Below are positions 12,201-25,010 of a stretch of 64,000 nt of DNA, in pieces. The notes beneath the pieces are model-generated. The model was given only the letters and a program-made list of their open reading frames with translations, searched no databases and was not told where the DNA came from. Source of the stretch: Cercozoa sp. M6MM (Eukaryota > Protista > Endomyxa: Ascetosporea); the NCBI GenBank assembly GCA_040357565.1, contig JBDODJ010000030.1. The stretch is one strand, 5' to 3'. Each line of letters opens with the position of its first letter. Position 1 is the first letter of the stretch. A program made the position numbers and the translations under genes.

Positions 12201-15200
12201 CACTTTAAAATGTAGGCTCTGCTCGTTCTTGGAAGTGCACCGACACCAACCAAGTCGGTACTTAGTCGTTTACTTGTGTGTTTTTGTGTCTCGGTTACTC
12301 CTGTTGATACCTGAGTTATTCAGGATGTTTCGACACGTGCGTCGTCGCTTCACACGGCGCTGCAGTCACTAGTGTCATTGCTGCGTCGTCTGGGCGCACG
12401 TGTGCCCTCGCTGACTCGTTTTGCCTCTGTGAGCGGGAATTTATCCGAAAGTAACGGCTCGCGAGTCAAAGTGAGCGATGTCGCTTCCAACGCATTTTCC
12501 TTTGGCTTTCTGAAAAGTCAGGTCAGTGGCTCACGCAGCACAGACAGCACTCCGTCCGAACATACGATTGAAGTGTCCTATCTGCACTTGCTTTCTCTGC
12601 TTCTGGATATTCTCGTGGCTTCCGCTGAGGTACAGCTTTTCAAACATTCTAGTTCGACTGGATCACAGTTTCAACTCCAGGTGGCAATCGACACAGGCGA
12701 CGATGCACAGGCTTCCTCCTACCTCCGAATGGCCGAAAGTGTGGCATCGCAGGTGTGTTTGTTTTCGTTGTCTCCAAATTGTGTTTTATTCGCGCTGACC
12801 AACTCCAGATGAAAGTGTCCGCGCGGATACGTGAAATTCAAGTAAAGCGCGCGCTCCTGGCTGCCCAAAGGAATGAGTTCTCTACGGCCCGGGAATTGCT
12901 GGATCCGTCTGGTAGAGTGGTTTCACACTGTCTAGTTTGTACTAAGAGTGGTTGAAAATGATAAACAGAGCACCCGCTGACGTCTCCGACAATGCTGTGT
13001 GCTGAGTCGCTGAGTTGTTGTGAAATCCTGCGACGCGAGTGTCGAAGTCAAGAAATCAACGAAAAAGTCGATCAGACGTTGTTGCAATGCAAACAGTGGC
13101 ATCAGCGACTTCCCGATTTGTACTTTCACTTTCACTTACATATACTTCCTTGCGGTTGCCTTTCATGATTCTTGTGTAGTGCTCCTAAACTGGAGTACAG
13201 GATACACGATGGCGTGCTGTGGCACTTACGTTTGATACAGGCACTAGCATCAAACAATATCAGATTGAGCGATCACTCAACAGACGGTGTCTTTGACCCT
13301 GTTGCACGCGCGCGCTCACTTTACGCACGTGCGCATACCGTAAGTCAACGCGCTGCTCAGGTGTTTTCTTCGATCTGGTCTTGCGCCGACCCTGGGTACG
13401 CTTGTTTCTTGTGCCTATCAACTGTTAAGTGTATCGACTTTCGTAGTGACAGACCTAGCGAAATAAAGCAAGCGCGTGTGTTGCTTTTGAGTGCGTTGGC
13501 GCTGCTGGCCAAGTGCTCTCATCCTCCGGGTGCTTTAACGCGAGATACTTTGCTTCTGTGTGCTGAACTGCACGGTCGGTATCTTGTGCCCTGAAAACTA
13601 GACGTTGTTTGACTGACACACATTCCATCTCTGGCAGAGACCGACCGCTGCTGACGTTTGCGTGTTTGGATGCTTCCATGGGGGTACCTTTCTCAAGATT
13701 TGCAAAAATGGAAGCAAGACCTCAACACTGTGTTTGACTTGGAACAGTTGTGGCCGCGGCAAGAGATGCAACAGCGCGTGCCACGCGATCGTGCTCATTT
13801 TCAAGCAGCGCGAAAATCTCAACAAACCGACACAGGCGAGAATTTTGTCGATTTTTCGCTGTTCCCGACTTGTGTTTCAGACAGGTAGTTTTTCTTCCTT
13901 GCTGTCACTTTCCTTGTTCAATTCGTTTTTACATCTTGAACAGCCCCGAGGATTTTGCAGTCGCGCTTGAGGCAATGTATCGACGCAAATTGCGGGTGCG
14001 TTTCTTTGCGACAGTTAGCTCTGCACTGTTATGTTAACTGTTTTTGTAGAGAGGATCTTTACAAAAGAGTCGCATCGATGTCGTGTTCATTGCGTTGAAC
14101 TCGACCACAACGGCGCTGATGATGTCCCGTTTCTCAAATAACACCGTCCTACTCTATCGCAAGTGTCTGCAGCATGAGGTACCTCGTGTCACTTTGCCTC
14201 TGCCATGTTGAGCTTCTCGACCGTGTTTGTAGCGATTTTTGGAAAAACGCCGTCGGAAAACAGTTGGTTTCTTTGCCGAAGCTGGCGGTGAATTCGCGCA
14301 GATCATGGCTGCCGCCAAGGCGTCGACTCAGGTATGCTTAGCCTCCATTATTCATTCAAATCTTAGCATCACTTTTGTCGACAGGACGCGGTGAAGGCAA
14401 CGAACGAAAGCATGCGGCGTGAATGGTCTCTCTCGCTTTAAGCTCACTTTGACCGAACTTGAACTGGGTATTTGACTGGTCGATATCGTAGGTGGAGACA
14501 GCGCTACGATCTCGATGATCGGTTGCAACAGTGGTTACAGCGTGTTGAGGTATTTTTTGCCTTTGGTATGAAATGATTGCAGGTGTACTCCAAGTTGCCA
14601 TCAGGACGAACTGCTCGGTGCAGGAAAATTGCTGCTCAAACGCGAGCGACATTGCGCGGAAATCGACGAGTTCTTGCAGACGCAGCTGAACTCGGCTGTT
14701 GTTTGCTCGGAGCGACAGGTGCTCTTCCGGTGTTTTTGCTACTTTACTCGAGTTCAAACGAACTTTGTTTGCAGAAGGAATGGGTTCGCTTGTTGATCCG
14801 TCACCTGCATTCGCTTGAAACGGTGCCTGATGACTTCGTTGCGCTGCAGCGTGACGTTCTGGAGAAACCGGCGCATGAGTTTGCAGTGTTTTGCGAGCGT
14901 TTGAAGACCAGGTATCTTTTGCTCACGTTTCTTGGGATGCTGTGGTCTTATATTGTATGCAGCTTCAGAAGGCGTCCGTTGACGCTTGTGCTGTCTCGTG
15001 AGTTGCAAAATTGGCCGTGGGAGTCGCTGCCTTGTCTTCGAAACACACGGGCAGCGCAACTGTCTCGTGTGCCGTGTTTGGATTTTCTGTTGCGTCGTTT
15101 GCCCTCGCCTCTGGTTTCTTCTCTTTCGCTTTATGTTTTGTTTTTGTTAAACTCGCATCTCTGAATAATACAATACAGGTTAATGTGGCGAAAACGTACT

Positions 15201-16075
15201 ATGTGTTGAATCCGAAAAACGATTTGACTGCCTCCCAAGAGGTTTCCTTGTTTCATGTTTGAATGTGTTTTGTGCCGTGTTAAACGCATTTCTGACTGCA
15301 GCGTTTCGAAGTGCTTCTCAAGCAGCAGCTTTCGTGGACTGGTCTGGTGGGGAAGCCGCCTTTGAGTGATGATATCTTGCAAGCATTGCGACGCAATGAT
15401 GTACACCGCCCTTGTGATTCTATTCGCGGTCTACATCATGGAGTTTTATCATAGGTCTTTGTGTACATTGGACATGCCGCCGGTGAGCGTTACTGCGACA
15501 TTCGCACGCTGGCAAAGGTACCCAAGAAACTGATCCGCTGTCTGTGCTTAAGGTGTACTCGAGTTTTGCTGACCAAAAGGCGAGGTCGCGCAGTGTGACG
15601 CTGCTGTTTGGCTGCAGCAGCGGTTTGATGCGTCAGCGTGGCGACTTTGACTGCGCCTCGGCTGCTCACGCTCATTTGGTTTCACGTCTGTCTTGACACG
15701 TTGCACTTATCTTATCTGTGTGTGGATTGGTGAGCAGGTTGCTGGAGCTCCAGCAGTGGTGGCCAACCTTTGGGACGTCACTGACAAGGACATAGATCTG
15801 TATGCCCGACATGTCATTGAAGGTACCGCCTTGGACCGCATGCGGTTTCTGTTTTACTCATGCCGGTGCCTGAGTTTACAGGTTTTCTGCTGCCGAAACA
15901 AGAGACGGCCTTTCTGTCTTCAGAGGTGAGTGTCTTTTGAGGCTTCCTGGGTGTCGCTGGCTGACTTTGTGTGCAGGTGTCCCAAGCGCGTGACAATACC
16001 AAGCTACCATTTCTGACGGGCGCGGCGCCCGTCGTTTACGGAACGCCCATCGCTGCCACTCGCACCATCTTCTAA
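9285..16075 (+). CDS. ESP1: Separase (peptidase C50) with long helical N-terminal region, many introns
   Basis: LVLSRELQNWPWESLPCL..SRVPCL; YYVLNPKNDL; FVYIGHAAGERY (catalytic His); LLFGCSSG (catalytic Cys); VANLWDVTDKDID; KLPFLTGAAPVVYGTP; stop 16073-16075; start codon inferred. Confidence 0.88.
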
Positions 16076-16208
16076 CCCCGATCGTGTTTTTGCGATGAGC
16101 ACTTTGAGAGAACTTTGAGAACCGCGAACAGCGCGAATGAACGGACCGAACCGGAGTCATCCTCCACACGTACACAGAGCGCGCTTAGACACGTAATAAC
16201 TAACGTAA

Positions 16209-18254
16209 TCACCGTCCCAGCGAGAGTTCGACCGGGTAGCTGCCCTTGATGAAGAAGAAGAGCACCTGGAGTAGCAGGGCGCCGCCCATGAGTCGCAGCG
16301 GCAGCAGCAGCGGCGGTAGCGGCGGCGGCACCGGCAGCAGCTGCTGCACCGTGGAGGCGACAGGCTCGGGTGCACTCCAGACCAGCAGTCCGAGCGAGGC
16401 CAACAGCAGCAGCATGCCCAACAATGGGCCCAGCAAGCCGGCTCGCTGTCGCAGCAGCAGCGCCGGCAGTGCCGCACTGAGCACGATGGCAAGCCACCTG
16501 CACAGGTCGTCACACGGTCATACTATAAGAAACGCAGTGTAGAGAAACCAGTGTGTAGAACGCACGTGGTGAAACTGCCAGACAGCGCGATCATGTGACG
16601 TAGGCGCTGCGCCGGCGGCAGCGACGACAGGTGCTCAGCGTCCAGCACGTGGTCGAGCTGCGCCAGTCGTTGCTCGCACTGCTCCTTGCTGCGACGCGCG
16701 CGCGCTGCCACCACGCCCGCGTCCGAGAGGCTCTTGTCGAGATGCGACACGCGCGAACGCAGCTGCACGGCGTCCTCTTCGCACTCTGACAGATCGCTCT
16801 GCAGCTGCACATACGCACACGCACACATCACGCGCACAGCCACAGGCACGACACATCACAAGGGTTAATGCACAGCTTTCGGTCAAAGTAAAAAGTTATC
16901 GAGTTATGTCGAAGCAAGGAGCTTTCGGAAGGTAAAAAGTTAATAAAGCAAAAGCTTTGTCAAAGCAAAAGCGAAAAAAGAAAAGCTGCCAATCGAAACA
17001 AAGCTCCAACAAGCTTACATAAAACAAAGCAATTGTCAAAAGACTCAAACAACAGGCAAGAACAGCAAAGTGAAGGTTACAGTTTCGAGTTTGCGCTCGC
17101 TTTCGGTGGAGTTGAGTGCGCGGTTCGAGAGCGAGTCGTGGCACAACTCGAGTCGCCGGTGCAATTCGGCACTGCGCTGTCGCTCCGACTCGAGTTCGGC
17201 CGTGTCGCACTTGGGACACACCTCGCACGCTTCGCACTGCGGACATTGCACTGGCTCAGGACACTGCACAGGCTCGGGACACTGCACAGGCTCGGGACAC
17301 TGCACAGGCTCGGGACACTGCACTGGTTCGGGACACTGCACAGGCTCGGGACACTGCACTGGTTCGGGACACTGCACTGGTTCGGGACACTGCGCTGGTT
17401 CGGGACACGTGGTGCACAGCTCGCATTTGGGACATTCGGGCAGGCGGCAGTCGGGACATTCGGGACACTTGGGACACTGAGGGCACTCGGGACACGGGGC
17501 AGTCGGAGTGGCCAGGAAGGCCAGCACGGTGTCGGTGTCGGCGCTACCGTAGGCACCCAGGTCGAGTGATGAGACGAGAGGCAAGGCGGCCAAAACGTCG
17601 GCTCGTTGCGTGCTGAGCAGTGTGCGCGTCGCATCGGCGGCGGCGTCGTTCTCGAAGAAAAGTGCCACGTGGAGGTCGGCGTCAGCGCCAAGGCCGTCGC
17701 CGATGCGAGGAACCACCGTCCACACGGGCCGCTTCGTGAGAGCGGCGAGGTCGCTGCGCAGTGCGTCGAGTTCGAGTGCGCCGACGTCGCCTCTGAGTCG
17801 CAGCTGCAGCATCGACTCGCGTACTGGGCTCTCTGGAATCACTGGGCTCTTTGGGCTCACTGAGCCCGTTGAAGGTGCTGCTGGTGCGACTGCAGGTGTC
17901 CGTGCAGACGACAGGAACAAGGCAACCACAGCAGCCACCAAAGCAGCCACCAGACCGATGCGCGGCACGTCCCAGAAGGCATCGGCGTCCTCGGCGGCAT
18001 CCAGCGCCGCTTCCACTCCGCGCGGATCCGACAGCAGCGCTGCTTGCGCACGCGACAGGTCGGCCTGACTCACCTCGGCCTCAGTGCTACTCCGATCACT
18101 CGGCAGCAGCGACGCCGCCGTCTCGTCCGACAGTGGCTGCATCGCCGCCATGTACATCGAGCGCGTCATCACACTCAGCGGCACGTTGCTCGCGTCGCGT
18201 CGCAGCGCTTTCGGACGCCGGAAAAACCCGCGCACCGACCGACTGTTCTTCCAT
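16209..18254 (-). CDS. Membrane protein with Cys/Pro-rich (CPEPVQ)n stalk, coiled coil and C-terminal TM segments
   Basis: ORF 17045-18235 has TM IGLVAALVAAVVALFL, CPEC/CPKC runs, ~9 CPEPVQ repeats; spliced to coiled-coil exon (~16570-16806) and hydrophobic exon 16209-16500. Confidence 0.65.
17236..17408 (-). repeat. 18-bp coding tandem repeat encoding CPEPVQ
   Basis: gggacactgcac(a/t)gg(c/t)tc repeated ~9 times on + strand. Confidence 0.95.
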
Positions 18255-18301
18255 TATTCACCATCATTAAACATTCCCGTTATATTAATCACTATACACC
18301 A

Positions 18302-19334
18302 TCATGTGTATGAGAAAACTGAACCCGGAACGTACATGAATCGACTCAAAGCTCCATCGTAGTTAAGCGGCGCTTGCAGTTCCGCAACCGTGGGTTCTTC
18401 TTCCCAGTCTGCAGGCCAACCGAACCTCCGACTCTAAGCGAAAGCGAAACAGCAAAGCAATCACATACCACTCTCTTCGTTCTCGTCATCTGCATCGTGG
18501 CCAAGATCGCGATCAATGTCGCTTTCGCCGTATTCGCCGTCTTCCGTGCCTTCCTCGGACTCGTACCTTCGATAAAAGCAATCATACGCAACAGAATAGC
18601 TCAAGAAGCTCAAGCAGGAAAAGCAGGAAAGCATGAACCAAAAGGAAACTCACCTCCAACTCGGCAAATCTTCAGGCTTAAGCGAGCTTTCCTTCCATGA
18701 ACTTGAGAGTGCTTGGTCTCGTTGCTGCCGGCGCAGCAGCACTGTTCGATCGCGCAGCTGCCAAACAAGATAGGTGACGTCACATTACCCGAGCAAGCTA
18801 GATACCTTCATCTGATGTGTCCGCGCGGATCCGCGAAAGAGCTGCGGCTCCACGAGTGGCTCGAACTTTTGCTGTCGCGGTGGCATCTTTCGGCAGTTCC
18901 ACGACGAGAGCTATACACTACTCTTTGGCGTATGTTATCGTCTCAACGGCGCGGTGGATGTTAAAATGTGAGTGAAAGATACCCCGAAAAAGCAGAACTG
19001 CGCACTGAGGTTGCAACCGTAAGACCCCGCAACTGCGCCTACACTCCCAAGCAGCACTTAGAACCGTGGGCGAGCGAAAAGCAACCTTGGGCTCGGTGAT
19101 TCGGAGTGATCCGATCAGCTGCCCTGTTTCAACGTCTGCAGAGGCCCCAAGAGCGGCCGAGGTGTTTGGTGCACTGTGGCGCTTGTGGAGCCATGGGTAG
19201 TGCTCTCCTTTGACCTGATCGGACTCTTTTCCCCAGGGGATGTTTTGACTCGGTTGGTCACGTGTCATTCTGCTCTTTTTCCCTCCCTTAGTCGTCGCGC
19301 GGTGCACAGTCTGCATCCAGTTGGTGCGAGACAT
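18302..19334 (-). CDS. Hypothetical protein with acidic tract
   Basis: Spliceable exons e.g. LRDRTVLLRRQQRDQAL..YESEEGTEDGEYGESDIDRD; both ends uncertain. Confidence 0.35.
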
Positions 19335-19397
19335 TTCCAGTGTTCTTACTTAAAATTCCGACGATTTGAGCCATTGAATTGGCGTAGGACGGCGACC

Positions 19398-21306
19398 ATG
19401 CGCCGGCCCTACTGCCTCCCATGCGTTTGGATGTGTAAGCTTTGCCTACTATGCGTTTCTTCATCAGTTTTTGTTCGAATCTTCTTTCTTTTCCATTTTA
19501 TTCAGCGATGAACCGCTGAGCGAAAGCGCTGCGAAAATCGCCGAATCCGTGGCATTGCATCGTATGGCTGCACTGCCTCCTACGGTAGCTTTGAGTCTGC
19601 ATTGTGTGTGTGTTTTGGCGAAGAAGCACTCTTCTTTGTGAAACAGCTCGACGAAGATCACTTTAAACTGTATGTTGAGGGTCTGCGTCGCAAGCGAACA
19701 GGTGTGCTTTGAGTTACACAGAGAAGTGCGATCGGGTGTTGTTATTCCTTATGCTCCGTAGGACCATTCAAAATGTCGCAAACACCGCGCGAAATTGGCG
19801 TGTACTTTTGCACCCCCCCCCCCGCGCACACACTCTTTTCTTATGAGTGAAACATTCACGAAAGCGTTTTTTAAATCAGAACGAGCGTTGCCACACGGAT
19901 ACTCTTCGTTTCAATTGAAGGTAACTGGTTTGTATTTGTTGAAAAAGACCCATTTTCCTGTGAATTAGACCCGAGTTTATCCCCACCGAGACAACCAGCT
20001 CCGCGCGTGCGTTTCTCCAAGCAGCACGAGGAGGAGAGACGAACTCTCGTGTCGTGCCTGAAGAAGCAGTGGTCCTCTGCAGACGAAACGTGGCGGAAAA
20101 AGACGAAAAAGCGCGTGCGGTTCGCTCTGTCGCTCGAAGAGTCGCTGCTGGATCCCGACGAGCACCGCTGTTTGGCTGTAGTTTTGCCCTGCTTTGCCTT
20201 GCTTTACTCACTTTATTTTTTTGCCCTGACTGCAGGTATTTACGGATGAGGTAGACGAGGAAGATGACGTGTGGAACGATCAGCAGGCTTTCAGTAACAT
20301 TATCGTCAACAACAGCAGCGACAGTGAGGCAGAACAGGCACAGACAGAGGGTCACTTGATTGATCACATCGGAGTGACCACAATAATCACACCGGCAGTG
20401 ACCACAACAAGGTCAGAAGTGACCTCCCAGCAGGCTGGTGAGACCGAGACTCAGGTTGAGACTGAGACGGAGAGAAAGATGCGGCGTCCCGGGCGTCGAC
20501 AGCACCGAAAACTGAAGTCGTCCACGCTGCGCAGTGCGCTCAATCTGAGCAGTCAGTACTTTCTTCCTTCCACCAGCAACAACAAGTTTTAGATCATGGA
20601 GTGTGCAGACATTTGGCACTGCGCCCAGTGTCGCCTTCAAAGCAGCCCGTACGGACACAGAGAAAGCAGCGTTTGCACTATGACAACAACAGCGACAGCT
20701 GCAACAGGAGAGACAGTGAGGAAGATAGCACGGATCGGATATTCCGCGACTTTGATCCGATGGCCTGTGTCACGGGTGCCTCGCATCGCACCCAACGTGA
20801 CCACACTGAGTACACATTCGCGCTGAGTGTGTTCGGCGTCGACTGCACGCTCGTTGCTGTAGCTTCTCCTTTCTCCTTTTCTTTTCCTTTTCTTCCTCTC
20901 ATTTCGTTCTTGCTTTTGTTTCTTTTTTCTCCCCTTCACTGTTGAACCGGTGAGCAGAGGTACTCGAAACTGCGTCGAATCACGTCGCAGGTGCACGTGT
21001 GGCGCCAGTTGGACCCGCTGCTGCCGTCGCAGCGCGAATTCCCTCCCAAAAAGTGGTTCGGCAACATGCGGCCTTCTTTCGTTCAGGTTTTTGGGATAGC
21101 TTTCATCCCTGCCTTTCAATTTTAACTCGTGCTTCCTTGAGCAGGAAAGATGCCGTGCACTGTCAAAGTACATTGACCTGTGTCTCCGTTCGGTCGATCT
21201 GGTGTGCGATCGGCGGTTTCTGAACCGTCTCACCGTATCTGAGTCCAATCAGTCCGTGCTGCGCGACCGTGTTCTCGCTGTCCGGGATATCTTGCATGCT
21301 CGTTGA
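19398..21306 (+). CDS. PX-domain protein with upstream RVxF/SILK-like motifs
   Basis: C-terminal PX: HTEYTFALSVFG..RYSKLRRI..FPPKKWFGNMRPSFVQERCRALSKYI; upstream exons join in frame via GT-AG introns. Confidence 0.7.
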
Positions 21307-21495
21307 GGCTGAAACTGAACGCGACAGGCGAGACGGAATCGATTCGTTTCGGTTCGTTTGCACACGACGATACGATGTTGGTTGCGGCGCGTGTTGTGAC
21401 ATGACTGAAATCACGGTGTTTTTGGTAACTAACCCGACCGTGAGTTACGGTACATACGCGACGGCTACCTGCAGATCGATCCGCGGCACTCTAAC

Positions 21496-23158
21496 TCATG
21501 GGTACAATTGTTGAGCGGAAGACCGGCGCTTCAGTGGACGTCCTGGCTCGCTGTCATCATCGCTTGGTCTAACACGGAAAGACTCTTCTTCAGAGTCGCT
21601 GTCACTGCCAGAGGGCCAAAACAGTTGTTTTCGTGAGCGTTTCTTTTGGTTGACCTGCTTGGCATGGAATTCGCTCAGCTCATCCAACAGAGCTTGCCGC
21701 TCGTCGCCTACAGTAAGCGCACAGAGTTCGTACAATTGGGCCAAGACACCAGCACAAGTGGGTGTTGTACCATTTCGCACAACGCCAATCCAATAGTTTT
21801 CAAGTGAGTTGCCAATGTTGTTCAGTCGGCCTTTCTTGTACTGCTGAAGGAAGGCACGCACAACGACAGCTTGAAGTCTCTCGTGACCCAATTCGCCCAG
21901 ACACTTGATTATTCTCCTGCACAACAGTCACACTAGTTTACAAAGAAGTGTGTAACACCCCAAAGTCAACGTACGTGATACGAAGGTAGTTGTGCGATGA
22001 AGTGTTCAAATTGCGAAAGCGCACTCGCCACTTCTCGGATCGCTCGAAAACAACTAAACAGAGCAATGTGCAAAATAAAAGCGAAACATCAAGTAATTTA
22101 CCATCAGAGTCAGGGGAGTCTCGGTCCGCCATGATGGTGTCGAAACCCTGCATACACAGTGTTATGTACAGTAGAGGCTGAGGTGGAAAACTGAAGGTAC
22201 GTAAAAGTCCATCATGAGTTCAAGCGAACGCAGCAGCAACAAGCGAGCTTGGTCGTCGTTGCGCAGTTTTTCTTTCTCGTACAGTGTCAAGCTGTTTCAC
22301 ACGCGTCATTTTTATCAAAATAAGAGCTAGAGAAGCTTGAAATGGAAACAAGTACGGCTGCGATTGATAATTCATGCCCTTTTCGCGAATCGGAACTGTG
22401 TGCACAAGTTTCTTCAGTCTGGCATAGAAAGCACTTTAAATAGTTTACACAGCCACTGAATGAATCCATGGTGCGACTCGAGCTCTCTAGAGAAGAAAGA
22501 GAATTATTCGAGTATGGCAGGGCAAAACAAAAAACAAAACTCACTGGTAGGCACCGCGCCAGTTGGAGTGAAACTCGCTGACGAGAGCATTGTCCGGCTT
22601 CGAGCGCAGTTGGTTTCGATAGAAGCGTAGGTTGCGGCACGGTCCGTTTTCACCTTGCTGCAGCGACTTGTCCACCTTGCCTGGATATCCTGCAACGCAT
22701 GTGATCAAGTTCACAGCGAAAAAGAGCCAATGATAGCGTCTTGTACCATCACGGTACTTCTTGCAGTCGCGCTCAGCCCACATCGTCACGTCTGCCGATG
22801 TTTGTTCTTTTTTTTTGTTCGCGACGGACAATCAAATAATGGTTCTTATTCTCGATCCACAGCTGAGAAGACACTACAAGACAACGTTCCAGGTAGAATA
22901 TGAGGCAAGAAAGTGGGTACACTCGGCGAACTTGTGCGTTTTCTGCTTTCGATTCTGGCATGAGCTCCGGCTCAGTGTTTTTGCAAAAAGAATCGAAAGG
23001 CGCCAGCAGCACAGCACGCACTTTCTGCCTCGTAGTGTGTAGTTGTACTACGTTTTTTGGGCTGTCAGAGCACGAAGAGTGCATTTCAAGCAGGTTCTTC
23101 GCGATTTTTGTGGCGTTGTCTTGCTGCCCGACGTCGCTCACGTGTTGACGTCATCCAT
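21496..23158 (-). CDS. Opioid growth factor receptor (OGFr) conserved-domain protein
   Basis: AERDCKKYRDGYPG, NLRFYRNQLRSKP, IQWLFPIREKGMN, RFRNLNTSSHNYLRITRIIKCLGELG, SLENYW. Confidence 0.88.
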
Positions 23159-23208
23159 TGTTTGTTTCAGATTGTACAAGTAAGAGTCACCCCGATCTCC
23201 GACCGCCA

Positions 23209-24502
23209 ATGTCGCAAGCTAACAACGAGAGCTTTCTGTACCGCGCCAAGGTAGAGTCGAGCTTGTCATGAACTGTGCGAAATGTGGCCGCTGTGATCGA
23301 CCCATTGTGCGACTCGGTGTGATCGCTCGGACTTGACCATCGTGTTTCGAGCTTTCGCTTGTTTCGTTTCTTTGGCGAGTGTTCGTGATCGTGTTGTTGG
23401 CATGCAACTGAGTGCAACTGAGTGTGTGATCAATGTGTGTGTGATCAATGTGTGTGTGCAATATGTGTGCCGTCCTGTGAGGACAGCCGTTCATGTTCGG
23501 CGGTCTGGCCGGCTGCGCGGCGACGTGCATCATCCAGCCGATCGACATGGTGAAGGTGCAGATCCAGATGATGGGCACCTCCGACGGCAGTGCCTCGCCG
23601 TTCCGCGTGGCGTCGCACCAGATCCGCACCGAGGTAGACTGCATGTGCTACAGTCATGCAGACTAGTCATGTGTACCAGTCAGGGTGTGGGCTCACTGTA
23701 CCGCGGTCTGTCGGCGGCGCTGCTGCGACAGGCGACGTACACGACAGCACGACTCGGTCTGTTCCGCACGTTCTCGGACATGCTGAGTGACAGCGACGGC
23801 AGCATCACGTTCGGCCGGCGTGCCGTGGCCTCGCTGGCGGCCGGCGGCCTCGGCTCCATCGTGGGCGTGCCGGCCGACCTGTCGCTGGTGCGCATGCAGG
23901 CCGACAACAAGCTGCCGCCTGCTGAGCGACGTGGCTACAAGCACGTGGGCGACGCACTGACACAGATCGTGCGGCAGGAGGGTCTGCGAGGCATGTTCAC
24001 CGGCACAGGTCCGACCATTGTGCGCGCGATGTCGCTCAACTTTGGCATGCTGGCCACCTACGACCAGGCCAAGGAGTCGCTGGCTCCCATCACAGGCGAC
24101 GGCACCAAGACCACGGCACTGTCGGCCTCAGTGCTCTCGGGCTTCTTTGCCTCCTTCTTCTCACTGCCGTTCGACTTGTACCCCCCCCCCCCCCCTGTAT
24201 GGTAGATCGAGATACCTCTTGGTGTTTGTAGTATCAAGACGCGCATCCAGCAGCAGAAGGCCGACGCCAACGGCCGACTACCCTACAAGGGCGTGGTCGA
24301 CTGCTTCACCAAGGTGGCCAAGCAAGAGGGCCCGCTCGTGTTCTACCGCGGCTTCCCGACCTTCTTCGTGCGCATCGCGCCGCACGCCGTCTTCACGCTG
24401 CTCATCAGTGCGTTTGCTTTCTCCCTGTCCCTCCCTCTGTTTCTCTTATTGCTCTGCTTGTGTCTCTCAGAGGAGTTCCTGTTCTCGCACTTTGGCCGGT
24501 AA
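23209..24502 (+). CDS. Mitochondrial carrier, dicarboxylate/tricarboxylate or 2-oxoglutarate/malate type
   Basis: PFMFGGLAGCAATCIIQPIDMVKVQIQ; LYRGLSAALLRQATYTTARLG; PADLSLVRMQAD..ERRGYKHVGDAL; PFDFIKTRIQ; FYRGFPTFFVRIAPH; introns 23251-23486, 23634-23683, ~24178-24231, ~24408-24470. Confidence 0.93.
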
Positions 24503-25010
24503 ACGCTGCGAACCGAGAACTGACGGCACATATGTTACTGATAGCTTCCTCGAACACCCGGTAGCAAAACTTGCCCGGTTGGGGCATTTCTTGCTTGGTC
24601 AGCGAGCTCGAATTGTTCGTACGGATTATGGTTACCGGGGTACACCCCTGATGCGAGTGCATTTTTGAAAAAAAAAACACTATTGTTACGCTACGGCTAC
24701 ACGGCCATGCTCTTGCGTTGTTGGCGCCCCCCCCCCCCCCCTGGTGCAGGGGAACTACATAGTTGGTTTTCTAGAAGACTCAACTAACTAACTAGGCTAC
24801 GGCTAGTGCGCTGCGGGAAACCCAAGTCACTGTACTGGTAGGTAGTTCAGCAGCGACACGGCAGTACGCACTGCAGCTAGTTAAAACTGCGCCGTAAGTC
24901 CGACGCACCTAGTCCTGACACTAAGTGTAAAGCAAGAAACCGAACATGCACTATATTTATTCAGATCTGACTGTATTGCGCACACCGATAGTCGACGGAA
25001 CTAAATTTAA

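Noticed and set aside
823-16075. MAD2 and separase as a mitotic gene cluster
   Set aside because: Separated by four unrelated genes; chance proximity in a gene-dense genome is sufficient
17236-17408. CRISPR-like repeat array
   Set aside because: No unique spacers; it is an 18-bp in-frame coding tandem repeat in eukaryotic DNA
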